From a bacterium (lineage in GTDB: Bacteria; UBA8248): a stretch of 64,000 nucleotides of DNA. Location of the stretch: the NCBI GenBank assembly GCA_965202625.1, contig CBDBBI010000010.1, positions 1,568,001-1,632,000 of the forward strand. The letters run 5' to 3'. The first letter of the stretch is position 1. Every line of letters begins with the position of its first letter. The position numbers and the translations under genes were made by a program. Positions 58,498-64,000 of this stretch are shown here, one piece after another. The notes beneath the pieces are model-generated. The model was not told the DNA's origin, did no database searches, and saw only the letters and a list, made by a program, of their open reading frames with translations.

Positions 58498-59355
58498 ATG
58501 CCCATATCCCCTCACGCCGCCGAATACGCAGCGCCCAGCCGCATGCGCGTGGGCTACGTGATCGCCACGCCCGAGGTGCGCTCCCCGCTGATGCCGGGCG
58601 CGCGCGGGAAGTTTGGCGACAACCTCGCCGTGCTCAAGGATTTGGGCTACCAAGCCCTGGAGGTCGCCATGCGCGACCCCACCGATCCAGAAGCCCAGGG
58701 GGTGGAGGCGGCAATCGTTCACTCGGGACTTTCGGTGGCGATGATAGGCTCGGCGCCCAGCGAGCTGCAGGACGGGGTAATGATGTGCCACCCCGACGAG
58801 GGAATCCGGAAGGCGGGCGCCGCTCGACTGCGCACCCTCATTGAGGCGGGCGAGAAACTAGGGGCGATGGGCGTGAACATCGGGCGGTTTCGCGGCACGT
58901 GCATCCCTGGAGAGATGTGGGAGAGGTCAAACGCCTGGATGCGCGATGCGATGCGCGCGGGGGCGGATTACGCCGCGCGGCGCGGCCTGAAAATCTACAT
59001 AGAACCCTACAACCGCTACGAGACGAACTTCATCAACACCGTGCGTCAGGGGATGGAATACGTGAAGGAGGAGCGCCACCCGGGACTCGCCTTGATGATA
59101 GACAGCTGCTGGATGAACTCCGAAGACGCCTCCATGCCAGGGGCCATCTTCGCCGCGCGCGAGTGGATAGAATACGTGCACGTGGCCGACTCCACGCGCG
59201 GCTATCCCGGCTCCGGCCACATCCATTTCGGGGATTTTATTCGCGCGCTCAGGGAGATTGGCTACGAGGGGGTGCTCTCGGTCCAAATCGACCAGAAACC
59301 CGCCTTTCACGTAGCGGCGGAGCGAAGCATCAGGCTGTTGCGCTGTTATCTGTGA
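58498..59355 (+). CDS. Sugar phosphate isomerase/epimerase (TIM barrel)
   Basis: IEPYNRYETNFINT, HVADSTRGYPGSGH.F, IGYEG. Confidence 0.85.
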   Translation: MPISPHAAEYAAPSRMRVGYVIATPEVRSPLMPGARGKFGDNLAVLKDLGYQALEVAMRDPTDPEAQGVEAAIVHSGLSVAMIGSAPSELQDGVMMCHPDEGIRKAGAARLRTLIEAGEKLGAMGVNIGRFRGTCIPGEMWERSNAWMRDAMRAGADYAARRGLKIYIEPYNRYETNFINTVRQGMEYVKEERHPGLALMIDSCWMNSEDASMPGAIFAAREWIEYVHVADSTRGYPGSGHIHFGDFIRALREIGYEGVLSVQIDQKPAFHVAAERSIRLLRCYL

Positions 59356-59369
59356 GATTCGGATTCGCG

Positions 59370-59837
59370 TTATTTCTCGCACTCTCCGCGGGCGAGCTTC
59401 GTGGCGATGTGGCCCGGAAACGCAGGGAAAATCTCAATGACCCTCTTTTTCTCCACCTCGCGCACGACGACGGTGTGGGCGTGCCTTCTTGAGAGGAAAA
59501 ACCCGGTAAGACGAAAGCGACCGAAGGGACGCCAAGTGAGGATGAACGGGTATTTGACGGATTTCTCCTTGTTGAAAGGCCGCGTGATGAGGAGCTCCCC
59601 TTCTCCGCCGATGGGATAGGCCAGCTTCTTGAACGCACCCTTTTTCTTCTCCACCAGCCACACGGCCAAATCGCGCTCATCAGCGGGAAGCGTGATGCGC
59701 ACCCTCTGCTCCACCACAAAACCGTTCAAGATGGTGTAGCGCACCTGGCAATGCAGCGTCCCCTCCACCGCCCGAGTTTCTCCGCTCGCGCCAAGGCACA
59801 GGACAAGCATCGTGAAACCGCAGATAACGCGCTTCAT
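59370..59837 (-). CDS. Hypothetical exported protein
   Basis: GAGG RBS; signal-peptide-like MKRVICGFTMLVLCLGA. Confidence 0.65.
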   Translation of the reverse strand: MKRVICGFTMLVLCLGASGETRAVEGTLHCQVRYTILNGFVVEQRVRITLPADERDLAVWLVEKKKGAFKKLAYPIGGEGELLITRPFNKEKSVKYPFILTWRPFGRFRLTGFFLSRRHAHTVVVREVEKKRVIEIFPAFPGHIATKLARGECEK

Positions 59838-60115
59838 CCAAGAACCTCAAGGAATGGGAGGTCACAACAAGCGGCGAAAACATTATGGACGATTCCAGCG
59901 GAAGATTTCCATCGTGAGCGGCGAGAAGTTTTGACGATACGTAAAGCAAAACCCACGAGCACCGATCAATCGCCACAGAAAAGGGCGTTCCATCAAGAGC
60001 CGCATCCCATCCTGGATGGAGGAGAGACGGGAAAAGAAAACGCCGTCGCCAAACTTGAGAAGCGCACGAAAACGCCCTGGAGCGAGATTCCGGGGCGTTT
60101 TCGCTCAAAGAGGGA

Positions 60116-60793
60116 TCACACGCTTTTGCGGGGCGCCTCCCCATCCGGCTCCGGATACTCGCTCGGCCAATGCGCCACCATCGTCTCGTAGTAGGTCTTG
60201 ACTTTCTCTCCGTCGAGGCGCAAGGATTTCTTGATCTTGTCGACCTCGCTCTGCTCCTCAAGCGGAATGCCGAGAGAGTCCATGTAGCGGTTGAATAGGT
60301 TGAAAAGCCCGCTGACCATCGTGAGCTCGACGATCTCCGCCTCCGAGAAATGCTCCCGCACCTCCTCGAACACGTCGTCTCTCGAACGAGCGGTGTTCCG
60401 CGTTACATGCTCGGCCCACAGAATGGCCGCCTTCTCCCTCGGGGTGAATAAATCCGACTCCATATACCCATCCGAACCAATGGCTTCCACTTGCTCGGAG
60501 GTGATGCCCGCCGCTTGACCAAGCGACGTGTTGTGCGCGTATCAGTAGGCGCACCCGTTGAGATGGCTGGTCTTGATGACCACCATCTCCTTGATCTTCG
60601 CCTTGAGCACGCTGCCTCCGCCCTCGCGTTGGAGGGTCGCCACGAAGGGCAGCATCGCTTTGGCGACGTGGGGGCTTTTGGCCAGCACCCGCATCGAATG
60701 CGGAACGCGGCCCAGCATGGCGGTGGTCGCCTCGTAGAAGCGTGCCACGTCGGCGTCCGCCTGTTCCGGCTGAATCATCTCTATTCTGGACAT
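60116..60793 (-). CDS. AhpD/carboxymuconolactone decarboxylase-like selenoprotein (CxxU), 225 aa
   Basis: Track ORFs 60542-60817 and 60116-60490 are one frame joined by TGA at 60542-60544: KEMVVIKTSHLNG-CAY-U-YAHN...REKAAILWAEHVT...FSEAEIVELT...NLFNR. Confidence 0.85.
60509..60528 (-). promoter_or_regulatory. Putative bacterial SECIS hairpin
   Basis: CGUCGCUU-GGUC-AAGCGGCG: 8-bp stem starting 13 nt after the UGA, loop beginning with G. Confidence 0.75.
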
Positions 60794-60893
60794 GCCTGAC
60801 TCTCCTATCATGCGCACCCGATGACGACATGGATGCGACCCTCATGGTCACCCGCCCGCCGCCCGGCGAGGGGGCCGAATCTCTCCGCATTAT

Positions 60894-61499
60894 TCATGAT
60901 GATACGCGCGCCGCATCGCGAGCCAGCCACTCGCGAAACTGAGCGAAGGCCAAGCCGCGGTGGCTGATCCGGTTTTTGACCTCAAGCGGCAGTTCGGAGA
61001 CGGCACAGCCATGCTGAGGCAGATACATCAGTGGGTCATAGCCAAAACCGCCCGCCCCGCGCGGCGCGCCCCATATCCTCCCATGAAGTGCTCCCTCAAA
61101 AAAGCCGAACCAGCCGTCCGGCTTCACATAAGCCAGCACGCACACGTAGCGCGCCCCGCGCGAGGCCTCCGGCACGTCGCGCATTCTCTCGAGCAAAAGC
61201 GCGTTCCGTCCTCGATCGTCCAGTCCGGCGCCACCGAAACGCGCGGAGCGAACGCCCAGCTCGCGGGGAAGCGCTTCCACCTCCATTCCGGAATCATCGG
61301 CGAGCGCGGGAAGGCCGCTCGCCCGACATCCAGCCTGGGCCTTGATGAGCGCGTTCTCCGCATACGTGGCGCCGGTCTCCCTCACCTGAGCGCCAAGACC
61401 CGCCTCACCCATGTCCAGCAGTTCGACGCCCACCCCCGCAAGAGCGGCGCGCGCCTCGCGCGCTTTTCCAGGGTTTCGGCTCGCCAGCAGTATCTTCAC
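60894..61499 (-). CDS. rdgB: dITP/XTP pyrophosphatase (Ham1 family)
   Basis: ASRNPGK, ENALIKA, ADDSG, GVRSARF, GFGYDP, KNRISHRG. Confidence 0.93.
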   Translation of the reverse strand: MKILLASRNPGKAREARAALAGVGVELLDMGEAGLGAQVRETGATYAENALIKAQAGCRASGLPALADDSGMEVEALPRELGVRSARFGGAGLDDRGRNALLLERMRDVPEASRGARYVCVLAYVKPDGWFGFFEGALHGRIWGAPRGAGGFGYDPLMYLPQHGCAVSELPLEVKNRISHRGLAFAQFREWLARDAARVSS

Positions 61500-62218
61500 T
61501 TTGCCCCAAGGTGTCTGGCCTGCATCTCCAAAAGCCCTTTGACGCCCTTTTCCGCCAAGGCGAGGAGGCGGCTCAGATCACTTTTACTAAAGGGCGTCCG
61601 CTCGGCCGTTCCCTGCACCTCCACGAAGCGGCCGCCGCCTGTCATTACGACGTTCATGTCCACCTGGGCGCTCGCATCCTCGCTGTAATCAAGGTCGAGC
61701 ATGGGGACGCCCCCAACCACGCCGACGCTCACGGCAGCCAGCGCCGAGACGATGGGCGACTCGGCGATGCGCTCCGCCTCCAGCATGGCGTTCACCGCGC
61801 GCGCCAGCGCCACGTAGCCTCCCGTGATGGCGGCGCATCGCGTGCCGCCGTCCGCCTGGATGACGTCGCAATCAACGTATATCGTCAGCCCATCCATTTT
61901 CGAGAGGTCCACGACCGCCCGCATCGAGCGCCCGATCAAGCGCTGAATCTCCTGGCTGCGGCCCGCCCGGGCGCGCCTCCTGTCCACGCGCGAGGCCGAG
62001 CTGCCCGGCAGCATGGCGTATTCCGCCGTCACCCATCCCTCCCCCGAATCGCGCTGATGGGGAGGCGTCCCCTCCTCCACCGAGGCGGTGCACAAGACTC
62101 TGGTGTCGCCCACGGAGATCAGGCAGCTTCCGGCGCACGTCTCCACGTAATCGGCATCCATGCGCACCTTCCGGTTCTCATCGGGCAGCCTCCCGTCCCG
62201 GCGCGCGCCCTCGCCCAT
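61496..62218 (-). CDS. rph: Ribonuclease PH
   Basis: GWVTAEYAMLPGS, EIQRLIGRSMR, ADGGTRCAAITG, DLDYSED, EVQGTAE. Confidence 0.96.
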   Translation of the reverse strand: MGEGARRDGRLPDENRKVRMDADYVETCAGSCLISVGDTRVLCTASVEEGTPPHQRDSGEGWVTAEYAMLPGSSASRVDRRRARAGRSQEIQRLIGRSMRAVVDLSKMDGLTIYVDCDVIQADGGTRCAAITGGYVALARAVNAMLEAERIAESPIVSALAAVSVGVVGGVPMLDLDYSEDASAQVDMNVVMTGGGRFVEVQGTAERTPFSKSDLSRLLALAEKGVKGLLEMQARHLGAK

Positions 62219-62255
62219 GCTTAAAGGTTTGCGCCAGCGGATTGTCCATCTGGAA

Positions 62256-62282
62256 GAGCGCTTCGCTGCGCGAAACGCCTAG
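62256..62282. repeat. 27-bp palindromic direct repeat, copy 1
   Basis: GAGCGCTTCGCTGCGCGAAACGCCTAG, identical to 63815-63841. Confidence 0.9.
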
Positions 62283-63622
62283 TCCCCATCATCAGAATTC
62301 GAATTATTCACTTTTTGGGATTCTTTTTTATTTGAGTTTCCTGAATTCTCTCTTGTACTCATGCATTTTTTTACCAGCCTATTTCGGAGAGCCTCAACTT
62401 TTCCGATCTTTTTCTTCAACTTGCGCAGGTTGCGCAGGATTGCAGACAGTTTTTCACGTTTGGAGCGGACCTCCGACAATTTGCGAACGTATTTGGCCAT
62501 AGCGACGCTTTTATCTTTCCCACTTTCGGATTTCAAGTAATCCCGAAGCCGTTCGGACGTTTCGGTTGTTAATTTCTCTATTTGTTCGATAGTACAAGTC
62601 GTAATTACATTAGGCACTTTTCTTACTTCGTCCATAATAGCGCCGAGTCGCTTGTTTGTTTTGTTGAGAAATTTATTCTCTTCCTGTGTGCACGTGTTAA
62701 GGTCTATTGTTTCTATCTCTCCCTGTGCTTTTTCATGCTCCTCCTTCACCATCCAGACAACAGTCCACAGGTCCCAGAAAAGAGTCTCAAGGTCTTCCTC
62801 CCGATTAATAAATGCAGGCGAACCAGAAGCTCCACTCATGGTAAACGTAGTCGAACCAGTGCTATTCATCTTTAGCGCACTCACGTTAAGAGTCTCTAAA
62901 ATACCGAGGAAGCGATTGACTCCGATGTCTTCGGCCTGTCTTCGGTCCTGCGCCACCTGTTGCAACCCTGTTATCAAGCTGCAAGCGTCGTGATATGCGA
63001 TGGCGTCGGCCACCGCGTTCTCGACAGTATACATTTCGATAGCGGAATCCTTACGCCGCTTCACAATTTCCTCATATATGTCCTTCCGCCGCGCCTCAAA
63101 ACCGTTCACCAAAAGAGGTATCGTACTTCCTAGGAAGGCGGATTCGTTGAGGTTCGTTTGGATACCGCTTCCCATCGTAGTAACTCCTGCTAGTGATCTC
63201 ACTACATCCGCGTTGGTGAAAATAGTGCCGAGCGCGGAGGTTATCGTCGTGAACACGCCAAGAGACAAGTCGTTCGACGTAGAGATTTCGTTGACGTGCT
63301 TTTTATATTCGGCACACCCTTTTTTCGACGCTCCGATAATCGTATCCTGCACCCGGTCACGTCGTAACTTTAGGCCTTTTGTATCTTCATCTTCATAAAA
63401 CTTTCTGAAGGCACATTCCAACTTTTTTTGGTCTGTTTCCTTTTTATTACATTCAGAATTAGGGGCCAAAAGAAGCACCAGATCGATCTTTTCAAATTTC
63501 AAATCAGGTTTAAACAAATGCGAAGCGCCTTGTTGCGGCTGCAAGCCTTCGAATATGCGACATCCCGCCAAGCTCAACGCGAGCAACGCAGCCGCCAGAA
63601 CGTAAATGGAACTTTTCAGCAT
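62279..63622 (-). CDS. Uncharacterised lipoprotein (AT-rich gene)
   Basis: GGAG-rich RBS; lipobox LAG-C at residue 21; central hydrophobic hairpin; C-terminal coiled coil. Confidence 0.85.
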   Translation of the reverse strand: MLKSSIYVLAAALLALSLAGCRIFEGLQPQQGASHLFKPDLKFEKIDLVLLLAPNSECNKKETDQKKLECAFRKFYEDEDTKGLKLRRDRVQDTIIGASKKGCAEYKKHVNEISTSNDLSLGVFTTITSALGTIFTNADVVRSLAGVTTMGSGIQTNLNESAFLGSTIPLLVNGFEARRKDIYEEIVKRRKDSAIEMYTVENAVADAIAYHDACSLITGLQQVAQDRRQAEDIGVNRFLGILETLNVSALKMNSTGSTTFTMSGASGSPAFINREEDLETLFWDLWTVVWMVKEEHEKAQGEIETIDLNTCTQEENKFLNKTNKRLGAIMDEVRKVPNVITTCTIEQIEKLTTETSERLRDYLKSESGKDKSVAMAKYVRKLSEVRSKREKLSAILRNLRKLKKKIGKVEALRNRLVKKCMSTRENSGNSNKKESQKVNNSNSDDGD

Positions 63623-63814
63623 CTACTCCCCTCCTGCAGTCAACACCTAAAACGTTGGATTGCCGCGTTCTCTCAATTTTCCCTTTCTCGTCAAGTTCAA
63701 CGAGTGATTTCTCCTCCAACGGTTACGCTCCAAGAGGCAGCGTATAGAACGCAGCACGCGCGCGCGCCACAATGAACCCAACGGCGTCATCTTTCAGCTG
63801 CGTGCAGGTTCTCG

Positions 63815-63841
63815 GAGCGCTTCGCTGCGCGAAACGCCTAG
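63815..63841. repeat. 27-bp palindromic direct repeat, copy 2
   Basis: Identical to 62256-62282; includes the moaA stop codon. Confidence 0.9.
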
Positions 63842-64000
63842 CCGCCGATGGCGCTCATGGTGCGTTCCGGCTGAACGAACTCCTTCTCGCCGATGAGGTG
63901 TCCCGGCGTCTTGGTGCGTACCACCTCGGCGAGCCAGGCTTTTATCTCCGCATCGGACGCGCCGCCCCGCATCATATTCTTGACGTCGTGCTCCGCCGTC
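63838..64000 (-). CDS. moaA: GTP 3',8-cyclase MoaA, 3' end only
   Basis: Manual translation ...MRGGASDAEI...KTPGH...PERTMSAIGG*; the C-terminal MSxIGG is the MoaA signature. Confidence 0.85.
   Translation of the reverse strand, partial: TAEHDVKNMMRGGASDAEIKAWLAEVVRTKTPGHLIGEKEFVQPERTMSAIGG

Overview
GC-rich bacterial chromosomal window, mostly housekeeping and catabolic genes: rlmN, nth, the folD-xseAB-ispA-dxs-tlyA block, cysE-iscS-iscU, greA, hydantoinase/oxoprolinase A+B, ispB, thiI, msrA, selD, comM, four tRNAs, rdgB, rph and the 3' end of moaA. I saw no CRISPR array, integrase, transposase or prophage. Items the ORF track misses or that stand out: (1) two genes broken by an in-frame TGA followed by a SECIS-like hairpin (Sec-SelD, and an AhpD/CMD-like CxxU protein); (2) a tandem array of three mosaic, Cys-rich secreted paralogs I cannot assign to a family (37482-40063), with a duplicated promoter and a stop-codon-containing direct repeat; (3) an AT-rich lipoprotein gene between moaA and rph bounded by exact 27-bp palindromic direct repeats that supply its stop codon; (4) a 4x[4Fe-4S]-molybdoenzyme fusion with an H-x13-H membrane partner; (5) a Cys-pair-rich MarR regulator with an ArsP-like permease; (6) an RM fusion gene at the left edge and an orphan Dam-like methyltransferase after comM. 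All calls come from reading motifs by eye. No database searches were run, so novelty is unverified.
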